64,000 nt of DNA, taken from contig JBKAGP010000001.1 of assembly GCA_046290465.1 (NCBI GenBank), positions 5,632,001 through 5,696,000 of the forward strand, read 5' to 3'. Made by a program: the position numbers and the translations under genes. Of the stretch, positions 8,266 to 17,047 are shown piece after piece. Source of the DNA: Planctomycetota bacterium (GTDB lineage: Bacteria; Planctomycetota; UBA1135; UBA2386). The notes beneath the pieces were generated by a model. That model was not told where the DNA came from. It was given only the letters and a program-made list of their open reading frames with translations, and searched no databases. The stretch's first letter is position 1; each line of letters begins with the position of its first letter.

Positions 8266-10401
8266 TCAGCGGTCGCGCTTCTCGGCCGGGGCGTCGGCGC
8301 CGTCCTTCGGCTCCAGATCGCTGAGGAACGCGCGCGCGGTCGGGTTGTCGCGGTCGAGCTCGAGCACGCGGCGGAACGACACGATCGCGCGCGCCGGCCG
8401 CTCGGAGAAGCGAAGGTTGTAGCCCAGCAGCAGTTGCGCCCAGGCGTCGTACGGCTTCTCGGTGCAGTAGTTCTGCAGCGCCTCGACCTGCCGGTCGAAC
8501 TCGGCGCGGTCGTCGTAGAACGTGCGCTTGTCGGTGTCGGCGGTGACGATGCCGGGCTCGAGCCGCACCGCTTCGGCGATCAGGAACGCGGCGTAGTGGT
8601 AGTCGCCGTTGGCGAACACCGCGTCGGCGAGCACCAGGTGCACCGAGGCGTCCTCGGGCAGGTAGTTGCGCGCCTTGGCGTAGGCCTCGGCGGCGTCGTT
8701 GTAGCGCTTGGCGCGGAAGTAGAAGTCGCCGAGCTCGACGTACTTGCCGGCCAGCGTCATCGCCGCGCTCTCCGGCTCGTCGGCGACCCGCGGGGCGCCG
8801 ACGCTCGAGCCGTCGTCGACCCGGGCACGGCTGCCGACGTCCCCGCCGCCGATGTCGCTACCGGCGACGATCACCTCGGTGCCGCCGTCGTAGACCGGCT
8901 CGAGCGAGCCGTCGTCGACCACTGCGGTGCTCGGCACGTACAGGTAGGTCGGGCAGTAGGTCGTGGTCGGGTACCACCAGTAGTTGGCCGGCAGCGTGTT
9001 CGGCACCGACCAGCCGGTCCAGTAGGCCGAGCGGTAGCAGCCGCTCCAGTAGTTGTTGTGCCAGGCGTAGTACGGGCCCAGCAGGCCGACGTTCCAGGTC
9101 CACGGGCTGAAGCCGCCCCAGCCCCAGCCGCACAGGCTCCAGCGCGACGCCCAGCCGTAGCCGAACGGCCGGTTCCAGCCGAAGCCGATGCGGCCGAAGT
9201 TGCCGCCCCAAGGCCCGCCCCAGGCGCCGCCGAAGCCGCCACCGAAGCCGTTGTAGCACCAGTTGTTGTTCCAGCCCCAGTAGCCGCCCCAGACGTTGCG
9301 CAGGCCGACGCCACCGCGGTAGCCGACGGCGGCCCAGCCGCGGCCGACGAACGAACCGTTGCGGTAGCGGTTGGCGGTGCCGTAGCCGACCGGCGCGCCG
9401 AGCCGCGGCGAGCCGAGGCGCGGCGCCGTGCCGGCCAGCGCGCTCGACGTCACCGGCGACGGCGCCGTGCGCGGCGCGAGGCGGCCGGTGCGGCCGGTCG
9501 GCGCGCGGGTCACGCCGGCGCGCGGGGCGCGCGAGCCCGCCACGTCCGCCGGACGGTAGCGTTCGCTGATCGGGCGGGTGCTGCGGCTGGTGCGCGAACC
9601 GGCGCGAACGTCGGCCGGCGTGCGCGTCACCGACGGCCTGCTGGTGCGGCTGCGGTAGCGCGCGTCCGACGAGCCGCTGCGCGTGCGCGTCGAACGGTTG
9701 GTGTTGCTGTTGTTCGGGCGCGTGTCTGAGGTGCGCGCGCTCGAGCGGCCGCTGCTGCGGAAGCTCGACGATGGCCGCGACGTGTCACGGTAGCCGGGGC
9801 GCGAGGTCGAACGCGTGCTCGAACGGCTGGTCGAGCCCGGCGTGCGCACGGTGCGGGTGATCGAGCGGCCGGACGACGAACCCGGCGTCGGGCGCGACGA
9901 CGAACCCGGCGGGCGGTAGTTGCCGGTGCTGCTGCGCGTGCGCGGCGTGTAGCCGCGCGACGTCGACGAGCTCGGTCGCGAGCTGCGGATCGTCGGGGTG
10001 CGCGAGGTCGAGCGGCCGGCGCTCGAGCGACCCGGGTCGGACCGGGTCGGGGTCGAACGGCCCGGCGACCGCGAGCTCGGTCGCGTCGAGCGCGGGGTCG
10101 AGCGGCTCGACGAAGGCCGGGTCGAGCGGGAGGTCGAGCGCGGCGTCGAACGGGTCGTCGATCGCGGCGTCGAGCGGGTCGGGCGCGAGGCCCGCGGGGT
10201 CGAGCGCGTCGGCGTCGACCGGGTGGCGCGCGGTGCCGAGCGGGTCGGCCGCGACGCGCGCGGCGCCGAGCGGCTCGGGGCCGGTCGCGACACCGACGGT
10301 CGCGAGCTCGGGCGCGACGAGGATCGCCCGCGCTGGGCGGACAGCGGCAGGCTGATCAGCAGGCCGAGCAGCACGAACAAGAAGGATCGGGTGGTCGTCA
10401 T
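8266..10401 (-). CDS. Secreted protein with an Arg/Ser/Thr/Pro low-complexity region, a Gly/Trp/Tyr/Asn-rich region and a C-terminal TPR domain
   Basis: Signal peptide MTTTRSFLFVLLGLLISLPLSA, RSTP-type repeats, GWGWGG-type segment, TPR helices (LGDFYFRAKRYNDAAEAY). Confidence 0.8.
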   Translation of the reverse strand: MTTTRSFLFVLLGLLISLPLSAQRGRSSSRPSSRPSVSRPAPSRSAPRASRPTRSAPRATRSTPTRSTPRASRPTRSTPRSTTRSTPRSTSRSTRPSSSRSTPRSTRPSSRSPGRSTPTRSDPGRSSAGRSTSRTPTIRSSRPSSSTSRGYTPRTRSSTGNYRPPGSSSRPTPGSSSGRSITRTVRTPGSTSRSSTRSTSRPGYRDTSRPSSSFRSSGRSSARTSDTRPNNSNTNRSTRTRSGSSDARYRSRTSRPSVTRTPADVRAGSRTSRSTRPISERYRPADVAGSRAPRAGVTRAPTGRTGRLAPRTAPSPVTSSALAGTAPRLGSPRLGAPVGYGTANRYRNGSFVGRGWAAVGYRGGVGLRNVWGGYWGWNNNWCYNGFGGGFGGAWGGPWGGNFGRIGFGWNRPFGYGWASRWSLCGWGWGGFSPWTWNVGLLGPYYAWHNNYWSGCYRSAYWTGWSVPNTLPANYWWYPTTTYCPTYLYVPSTAVVDDGSLEPVYDGGTEVIVAGSDIGGGDVGSRARVDDGSSVGAPRVADEPESAAMTLAGKYVELGDFYFRAKRYNDAAEAYAKARNYLPEDASVHLVLADAVFANGDYHYAAFLIAEAVRLEPGIVTADTDKRTFYDDRAEFDRQVEALQNYCTEKPYDAWAQLLLGYNLRFSERPARAIVSFRRVLELDRDNPTARAFLSDLEPKDGADAPAEKRDR

Positions 10402-10435
10402 GGGTTCCTCGCGGCGCGGGGTGCATCGCCCTTCA

Positions 10436-10451
10436 AGCAAGAAGGATACCG
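10436..10451 (-). promoter_or_regulatory. Candidate sigma-54 (-24/-12) promoter
   Basis: Minus strand reads CGGTATCCTTCTTGCT, i.e. GG-N10-GC with TTGCT, about 35 nt upstream of ATG 10401. Confidence 0.5.
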
Positions 10452-10615
10452 GGCGGGGAGAATGGTGCCGGACCCCGCGGGGGCCGGAGTTGTGGCGTTT
10501 TGATACGCTTCGACGTATGCAGCCTTTGCCGTCCGGGGCGATCTGTCTCGCGACCGCTACATGGGCTTCGCCGGCGCGGGCCACCAGCGTCGGCCGCTAA
10601 GGTGCGTTTCGATCC

Positions 10616-11263
10616 ATGGCCAACCAACCCGATCCGTCGCCGCAGCCGCCGTCCAAGAAGGCGAGCCTGCTGGGCCCGCCGCTCCGCACGTTCTTCCGCG
10701 GGCTCGCTGCCGTGCTGCCGCTGGCGCTGACCGCGTGGCTGATCACGTGGGCCGTCGTCGGCGTCGAGTCCGGCCTCGAGCACGTGATCGTCGAGCAGCT
10801 CGAGTGGATGCCGGCCGAGAACTACTGGCGCGGCCTCGGCACCGTGCTGGCGATCGGCGTGGTGTTCCTGGTCGGCCTGCTGATGTACTCGTGGTTGGCG
10901 CGCCGCCTCTATCGCGCGTTCACGGCGCTGATCGAGCGCATCCCGATCGTCAAGACGATCTACGGCATGTTCGTCGACGTGGCCCGGCTGGTCGCGAGCG
11001 ACGAGGAGAAGCCGTTCCGCAAGGTCGTGATGATCCAGCTGCCCGAGGGCATCGAGCAGATCGGCTTCCTGACGCGCGAGGCGTTCGACGACCACCCGGA
11101 CGTCGGCGAGGGCAAGGTCGCCGTCTACCTGCCGATGAGCTACCAGCTCGGCGGGTTCACGGTGATCGTTCCCGCCGACCGCGTGCGCGAGCTGTCGATG
11201 TCCGTCGAGGAGGCCCTACGGTTCTGCGTCACGGCCGGCGTCTCGCGACAGCAGGAAGTGTGA
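10616..11263 (+). CDS. DUF502 family membrane protein
   Basis: FFRGLAAVLPLALT, ERIPIVKTIY, VYLPMSYQLGGF and MSVEEALRFCVTAG motifs. Confidence 0.88.
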   Translation: MANQPDPSPQPPSKKASLLGPPLRTFFRGLAAVLPLALTAWLITWAVVGVESGLEHVIVEQLEWMPAENYWRGLGTVLAIGVVFLVGLLMYSWLARRLYRAFTALIERIPIVKTIYGMFVDVARLVASDEEKPFRKVVMIQLPEGIEQIGFLTREAFDDHPDVGEGKVAVYLPMSYQLGGFTVIVPADRVRELSMSVEEALRFCVTAGVSRQQEV

Positions 11264-11326
11264 CAACTCGCGACGCATCACGTCGAGCGTTCTCGTCGGC
11301 GAGCCCGTAAGATCCGCGGCCCAACC

Positions 11327-14242
11327 ATGCGGATCCCACACGCTGCTGTCCTCTCCCTCCTGGGCGTTTCCCTGCTGGGCTCTTCCGAGCTCGTCGCCCA
11401 GAAGGCGTCCTGGCCGTATTCGATGGATTACGGCCCGTGTCTGATGACCACGTTCGCCGGTGGCGGCCTCTGTGGCGACACCGAGAAGGGGCTGGTCGTG
11501 CGCCTCGGCGACGCTGGCGCGGTCGCGTTCGACACCGAACTGCTGCGCATGTCGGTGGCGTGGACCGACGGTTGGCTGACCCTGCGTGGCACCGCCTACG
11601 ACGGCTCGCACGGGCCGTTCCCGGCGCGGCGCGGCCAGGCGCTGGCCGAGACGCGCGTCGGGCCGGGCTGGTACCGCGGCGGGGACCACGAGGATCCGCG
11701 GCCGATCCCGCACGGTCCGCTGCCGACCGCCTGGGGGCGCTACGGCGGCCACAGCCGCGTCGGCGACGAGATCGTCGTCGACTACCGCGTCGGCGACATG
11801 GACGTGCGCGAGCACTACGGCCTCGAACGGCGCGAGGTGCCGGTGCTGCTGCGCACGCTCGAACTCGGTCCGTCGAAGCAGCCGCAGACGCTGGTCGTGC
11901 TCGACGGCCCCGAAGGCTCTGGCAGCGTGTCGGCCGAGGCGATGGGCCAGCGGATGGCGCTGCTGCAGTGGCAGCCGAAGAGCACCGGCATGGTCGAGTA
12001 CGAGGGCACCACGACCGACTGGGCGGCGCTGTCGCTCGGCGCGCCGGTGCGCGGCGACTACCTCAGCCGCGGCGGCTGCAGCGTGACGTTCGTCGACGGC
12101 TTCGCCAAGGCCCACGGCAACAAGGACGGCGACCGTCTGCTGCCGGTGCTGCACGACGGCAAGGGGGCCAGCAGCGACGACGACTGGCAGGGCAGCGTCT
12201 GGTTCGACAAGCACAAGGCCAACAACCGCAACACCGACCACGGCCGCTACCTGGTCGAACTCGATGCGCAGGTCGACGTCACCCGCATCCAGACCTACTC
12301 GTGGCACAAGGGTGGCCGCGCCGTGCAGCGCTACACGCTGTGGGGCAGCGATGGCGCCGACCCGACCGCGCGCAACCTGGGCGGCGCCGGCTGGAAGAAG
12401 ATCTGCGACGTCGACAGCAGCGAACTCGGCCAGGGCGACAAGCATGTGGTCGCGATCGCCGACCAGAAGGGCCTCGGCCGCTTCCGTCACCTGCTGTTCG
12501 ACTGCCGCAACGGCGGCACGTTCTTCTCGGAGATCGACGTCTACGCCGGCGGCCTGCGCGCGCGCGTCGACACCGAGGGGCGCGGCCACAAGAACCTGAT
12601 GGCGGTCGCGTACGGCAGCGACGGGCCGCAGCTCGAGGTCGAGGACAGCCGCATCGTGATGAAGGTGCCGGTGCACGACGCGCCGCTGCGCGTGCAGCTG
12701 GCGGTGGCCGCGGTCGACAACGACGACCTGACCGCGCTGACCAAGGGCCTGATGAAGGACCGCGAGGTCGCGGCGATCCCGAGCGGGCCGTCGAACAAGC
12801 GCTGGGGCGAGCCGATCGTCACCAAGGGCGCGATCGGCGAGGACGACGGCGCGTTCGCCGTCGACACGATCACGATCCCGTTCGAGAACCCGTTCGGTTC
12901 GCGCATGCGGACCGGCGCGTTCGACTTCTTCTCGGACGGCCGCGCCGCGGTGTCGACCTGGAACGGCGACGTCTGGGTGGTGTCGGGCATCGACGACGAC
13001 CTCGACCGGCTCGAGTGGCGTCGCTTCGCGACCGGCCTGTTCGACCCGCTCGGCCTGCGCATCGTCGACGACGTCGTCTACGTGCACGGCCGCGACGGCC
13101 TGACGCGGCTGATCGACAGCAACGACGACGGCGAGGCCGACCGCTACGAGAACTTCAACAACCAGATCTACATCACGCCCGCGTTCCACGAGTTCGCGTT
13201 CGACCTGCAGACCGACACCGACGGCAACTTCTACTTCAGCAAGGGCGCGCCGGTGAACCCGGGCGGCCGCGGCTTCATGAAGATCGTGCCGCACCACGGC
13301 ACGCTGCTGAAGGTCAGCAAGGACGGTTCGACCATCGAGGCGGTCGCGACCGGCCTGCGCGCGCCGAACGGCATCGGCGTGTCGCCGACCGGGGTGCTGA
13401 CCAGCGGCGACAACGAGGGCACCTACATGCCACGTTGCCGCCTCAACTGGATCGAGAAGCCCGGCTTCTACGCCGGCGTCAAGGACACCGCGCACCGTTC
13501 GCCGGTGCCGGCGGAGCCGGACCTGCCGCTGTGCTGGATGCCGATGGAGGTCGACAACTCGAGCGGCGGCCAGGTCTGGGTCACCGGCAAGGGCTGGCAG
13601 GACCTGCAGGGTCGCCTGCTGCACAACTCGTACGGGACCTGCTCGACCTACCTGGTGCTGCCCGAACGGGTCAACGGCCAGATGCAGGGCGGTGTCGTGC
13701 GCCTGCCGGCGAACTACTCGTCGAGCGCGATGCGCGGCCGCTTCTCGCCGATCGACGGCCAGCTCTACACGATCGGCCTGAAGGGCTGGCAGACGTCGGC
13801 TGCGCGCGAAGGCGGCTTCCACCGCGTGCGCCGCACCGACCAGCCGCTCGACCTGCCGATCGCGCTGAGCACCTGTGAGCGCGGGGTCTACCTGACGTTC
13901 TCGTCGCCGGTCGATGCCGAGCTCGGTGCCGACCCGGAGAGCTACGGCGTCGAGGTCTGGAACTACGTCTACTCGCAGAACTACGGCTCGCCGGAGCTGT
14001 CGGTGCTCGAGCCGGAGCGCAAGCGCGAGCGCGGCAAGCAGAACCGCGACCCGCTGACGGTCCAGTCGGCGGCGCTGTCGCCGGATCGCCGCACGGTGTT
14101 CCTGACGATCGAAGGCATGCGGCCGGTGCACCAGATGAAGATCACCTGGGACCTCGACACCGAGGACGGCCGGCCGCTGCGCGGCGAGCTGCACAACTCG
14201 ATCCACTCGCTGCAGAAGGACCCGGGCTTCCCGAAGAAGTAG
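11327..14242 (+). CDS. Large secreted protein: DUF6797-like N-terminal domain, discoidin-like insert, glucose/sorbosone-dehydrogenase-like beta-propeller
   Basis: Signal peptide; FATGLFDPLGL, ATGLRAPNGIG and DNEGTY propeller motifs; TYSWH..RAVQRYTLWGSDG lectin-like segment. Confidence 0.7.
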   Translation: MRIPHAAVLSLLGVSLLGSSELVAQKASWPYSMDYGPCLMTTFAGGGLCGDTEKGLVVRLGDAGAVAFDTELLRMSVAWTDGWLTLRGTAYDGSHGPFPARRGQALAETRVGPGWYRGGDHEDPRPIPHGPLPTAWGRYGGHSRVGDEIVVDYRVGDMDVREHYGLERREVPVLLRTLELGPSKQPQTLVVLDGPEGSGSVSAEAMGQRMALLQWQPKSTGMVEYEGTTTDWAALSLGAPVRGDYLSRGGCSVTFVDGFAKAHGNKDGDRLLPVLHDGKGASSDDDWQGSVWFDKHKANNRNTDHGRYLVELDAQVDVTRIQTYSWHKGGRAVQRYTLWGSDGADPTARNLGGAGWKKICDVDSSELGQGDKHVVAIADQKGLGRFRHLLFDCRNGGTFFSEIDVYAGGLRARVDTEGRGHKNLMAVAYGSDGPQLEVEDSRIVMKVPVHDAPLRVQLAVAAVDNDDLTALTKGLMKDREVAAIPSGPSNKRWGEPIVTKGAIGEDDGAFAVDTITIPFENPFGSRMRTGAFDFFSDGRAAVSTWNGDVWVVSGIDDDLDRLEWRRFATGLFDPLGLRIVDDVVYVHGRDGLTRLIDSNDDGEADRYENFNNQIYITPAFHEFAFDLQTDTDGNFYFSKGAPVNPGGRGFMKIVPHHGTLLKVSKDGSTIEAVATGLRAPNGIGVSPTGVLTSGDNEGTYMPRCRLNWIEKPGFYAGVKDTAHRSPVPAEPDLPLCWMPMEVDNSSGGQVWVTGKGWQDLQGRLLHNSYGTCSTYLVLPERVNGQMQGGVVRLPANYSSSAMRGRFSPIDGQLYTIGLKGWQTSAAREGGFHRVRRTDQPLDLPIALSTCERGVYLTFSSPVDAELGADPESYGVEVWNYVYSQNYGSPELSVLEPERKRERGKQNRDPLTVQSAALSPDRRTVFLTIEGMRPVHQMKITWDLDTEDGRPLRGELHNSIHSLQKDPGFPKK

Positions 14243-16312
14243 ATGCGCATCCGCACCACGATGGCGTTCGGTTGGTCCCTGGCGGTCACGTTGCTGACCG
14301 CCGTCGGCCTCGAACGCGTCACCGATTCCGACGTCGAGACGAAGCCGACCGTGCTCCGTCAGGGCCCGATGGCCCGCGGTGCGAAGGTCACGTTCGCGAC
14401 CGTGCGGGGCGACAAGGTCACGCACAGCCAGCGCGCGCGCCTGCTGTCGCTGGCGGTCGAGCGCGGCGAGACGCCGACGCCGTTCCTGCCGGTGGGGGCG
14501 TTCCAGGCGACGTTCGACACGGTCGTGACGCTGCCGGCCCGCGACCGGATGAAGTTCCGGCTGGACGGCCGCGGCAAGGTCAAGCTGAGCGTCAACGGCA
14601 AGGTCGTGCTCGAAGGCCGCCTGCGCGGCCGGGAGCCGCTCGAGACCAGCAAGGCCGCGCGCCTGAAGAAGGGCGAGAACGACGTGCGGCTCGAGTTCGA
14701 GAGCGCCGCGCGCGGCGACGGGGAGGTGCGGCTGTTCTGGTCGGGCTACGACTTCGGCTTCGAGCCGATCGCACCGGAACTGATGACCTACCCGGCCAGC
14801 GACGCGGCGGTCGTGCGCGGCGAGCAGCTGCGCCACGGCCATGCGCTGTGGGTGGAGCGCCGCTGCGCGCGCTGCCACGACTACGACGACCTGCGCGTCA
14901 CCGAGTCGGCCTACCTCGAACTCGACCGCGCTGGCCCGGACCTGCGTCGGGTCGCGTCGCGCGCGAACCCCGGCTGGCTGGCGAAGTGGATGCGCGACCC
15001 GCACGCGGTGCGGCCCGACGCGACGATGCCGAAGATGCCGCTGTCGGACGGGGACGCCAACGACATCGCCGTCTACCTCGGCGGCCTTGGCGCGCCGTTG
15101 CCGGCGATGACGTTCACCAAGGAGCAGCAGGACAAGGGCGCGGCCCGCTTCCGCGAGCTCGGCTGCGTCGCGTGCCACACGCGCACCGACGAGAAGGCCG
15201 AGGACGCGGCGCTCGGCGACCGCATCCGCCTGCAGTTCGTCGGCGAGAAGTGGCACGGCGCGGCGCTGGTCTCGTACCTGCAGGAGCCGAGCGCGCACTA
15301 CACCGACGTGCGCATGCCCGACCTGAAGGTGTCGGCCGACGACGCGACCAACCTCGCCGCCTACCTGCTCGCCGGCCGGCAGCAGCCGCCGGCGCCGAAG
15401 GGCGACGCCAAGAAGGGCCGCCGTCTGGTGCAGAAGCACGGCTGCGTGCTGTGCCACGCGTTCGAGGACGACATCCCGCCGGCCGACCGCGTGTTCCCGC
15501 GCTACCGCAACCTCAAGCCGCAGCGCGGTTGCCTTGCGGACGAGCCGGACGGCAAGGCGCCGCTGTTCCACCTGCAGAAGGAGGAACGCGAGGCGCTGCG
15601 CGCGTTCCTGCCGTTCGCCGAGCAGGTGCCGTTCCGCAAGGCGCCGCTCGACTTCATCGCGCGGCACATGACCGCCGAGCGCTGCTACGCGTGCCACGCG
15701 ATCGACGGCCAGCCGTCGACCTGGGCCCGGCTCGCCGAGCGCTGGTCGGAGAGAGAGCCGCTGCCGCCCGAGCAGGACCCGGCCGCACAGGGCCTGCCGT
15801 CGTTGACCTGGGTCGGCAGCAAGCTGCAGCCGAGCTGGATCCGCGGCTTCGTCACCGGCGAACTGCCGTCGCCGCGACCGTGGCTGACCGCGCGCATGCC
15901 GAAGTTCGAACGTCACGGCGCGGCGATCACCGACGGCCTGGTGCGCGAGCACGGCTACGGCCAGAAGGACGAGCCGATCCTCGCCGGCAAGGCCAACCTG
16001 GCCGTGCACGGCCAGCGTCTGTTGGCCCAGGGCACCGGCTTCGGCTGCGTGCAGTGCCACGCGGTGGGGACCCAGAAGGCGACCCAGGTGTTCGAGCGCG
16101 AGGGCATCAACCTGGTGACCGCGCGCGGTCGTCTGCGCCACGAGTACTACACCCGCTGGCTCGCCGACCCGACCCGCATGGACCCCGACGCGCGCATGCC
16201 GAAGTACGCCGACGACAAGGGTAAGACCGCGTTCACCGACGTGCTCGGCGGCAAGGCGGCGGAGCAGTTCGAGGCGATCTGGCAGTACCTCGGCGACAAG
16301 GCGCGCAAGTGA
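14243..16312 (+). CDS. Multiheme c-type cytochrome (5 CxxCH) with an N-terminal PA14-like domain
   Basis: CARCH, CVACH, CVLCH, CYACH and CVQCH. Several (R/T)MP candidate distal-ligand motifs. N-terminal hydrophobic segment. Confidence 0.88.
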   Translation: MRIRTTMAFGWSLAVTLLTAVGLERVTDSDVETKPTVLRQGPMARGAKVTFATVRGDKVTHSQRARLLSLAVERGETPTPFLPVGAFQATFDTVVTLPARDRMKFRLDGRGKVKLSVNGKVVLEGRLRGREPLETSKAARLKKGENDVRLEFESAARGDGEVRLFWSGYDFGFEPIAPELMTYPASDAAVVRGEQLRHGHALWVERRCARCHDYDDLRVTESAYLELDRAGPDLRRVASRANPGWLAKWMRDPHAVRPDATMPKMPLSDGDANDIAVYLGGLGAPLPAMTFTKEQQDKGAARFRELGCVACHTRTDEKAEDAALGDRIRLQFVGEKWHGAALVSYLQEPSAHYTDVRMPDLKVSADDATNLAAYLLAGRQQPPAPKGDAKKGRRLVQKHGCVLCHAFEDDIPPADRVFPRYRNLKPQRGCLADEPDGKAPLFHLQKEEREALRAFLPFAEQVPFRKAPLDFIARHMTAERCYACHAIDGQPSTWARLAERWSEREPLPPEQDPAAQGLPSLTWVGSKLQPSWIRGFVTGELPSPRPWLTARMPKFERHGAAITDGLVREHGYGQKDEPILAGKANLAVHGQRLLAQGTGFGCVQCHAVGTQKATQVFEREGINLVTARGRLRHEYYTRWLADPTRMDPDARMPKYADDKGKTAFTDVLGGKAAEQFEAIWQYLGDKARK

Positions 16313-16956
16313 GCGAAGCGCTGCGCGAGCTCGGTGTCGAAGCGGTGGCCGTCGACGACGGTGGCTTCGAGCTGCGCTCCGCGCAGCGGGACTGGCTGAT
16401 GGCCGTGTTCCGTTCGTTCTCGGTGCGCGCCGACGCGCACGGCCGGCATCTGCGGGTCGGGTCCTCGGACCTCGAGCTGATCGAACGCGTCGCCGGCACG
16501 GCGCTGGCGCCGGACACGATCCTGTTCGACCTCGACGGCGTGCTCGCCGACATCTCGCGACGCAGCCGCATCGCCGCGGTCGACGACGTCGCGGCGCTGG
16601 CCGAGCACCACGCGATCGGCGTGGTCACGACCTGTCCGCATCGGCTGGCGGAGTCCGTGCTCGAACGGCACGGCTTCCTGCCGCACGTCGGCGCGGTGGT
16701 CGGCAGCGAGGACGGGCCGTGCAAGCCGGATCCGTTCCCGGTGCAGCTGGCGCTGCGGCGACTCGGCCGACAGCGTGCCTGGATGCTCGGCGACAACCCG
16801 AGCGACGTCACCGCCGCGCGCGGCGCGCAGGCGGTGCCGTTCGCGGTGCTGCCGCGCGGCATCGGCGCCGAGTCGCACATCGAGCGCCTGCAGGGCGCTG
16901 GTGCGGTGCGGCTGGTCGAGGGCGTGGCGTCGCTGCGGCAGCTGCGCGCCGGCTAG
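16309..16956 (+). CDS. HAD-superfamily hydrolase
   Basis: Motifs FDLDGVL, VTT, KPDP and GDNPSD. GTGA overlap with the cytochrome stop codon. Confidence 0.85.
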   Translation: MSEALRELGVEAVAVDDGGFELRSAQRDWLMAVFRSFSVRADAHGRHLRVGSSDLELIERVAGTALAPDTILFDLDGVLADISRRSRIAAVDDVAALAEHHAIGVVTTCPHRLAESVLERHGFLPHVGAVVGSEDGPCKPDPFPVQLALRRLGRQRAWMLGDNPSDVTAARGAQAVPFAVLPRGIGAESHIERLQGAGAVRLVEGVASLRQLRAG

Positions 16957-16957
16957 G

Positions 16958-16982
16958 AGCGCGTCCATGTAGTGGACGCGCT
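16958..16982. terminator. Perfect 10-bp hairpin between convergent genes
   Basis: AGCGCGTCCA-TGTAG-TGGACGCGCT immediately after the HAD stop. No U-tract. Confidence 0.5.
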
Positions 16983-17047
16983 GCCAACCGTGATCGCGGA
17001 AGCGGCGTGTACGCTTGCGGACGGGGCTTTGCCCGCTAGTCCAGCCC

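Noticed and set aside
9780..10330. Repetitive GGTCGAGCG-like DNA as a possible CRISPR array or satellite
   Set aside because: Irregular spacing, no unique spacers and no cas genes. It is explained by R/S/T/P codons of a low-complexity protein.
11216..16141. 1641-aa minus-strand ORF
   Set aside because: Antisense shadow of two well-supported plus-strand genes. High-GC codon usage depletes stops in the mirror frame, and there are no recognisable motifs.
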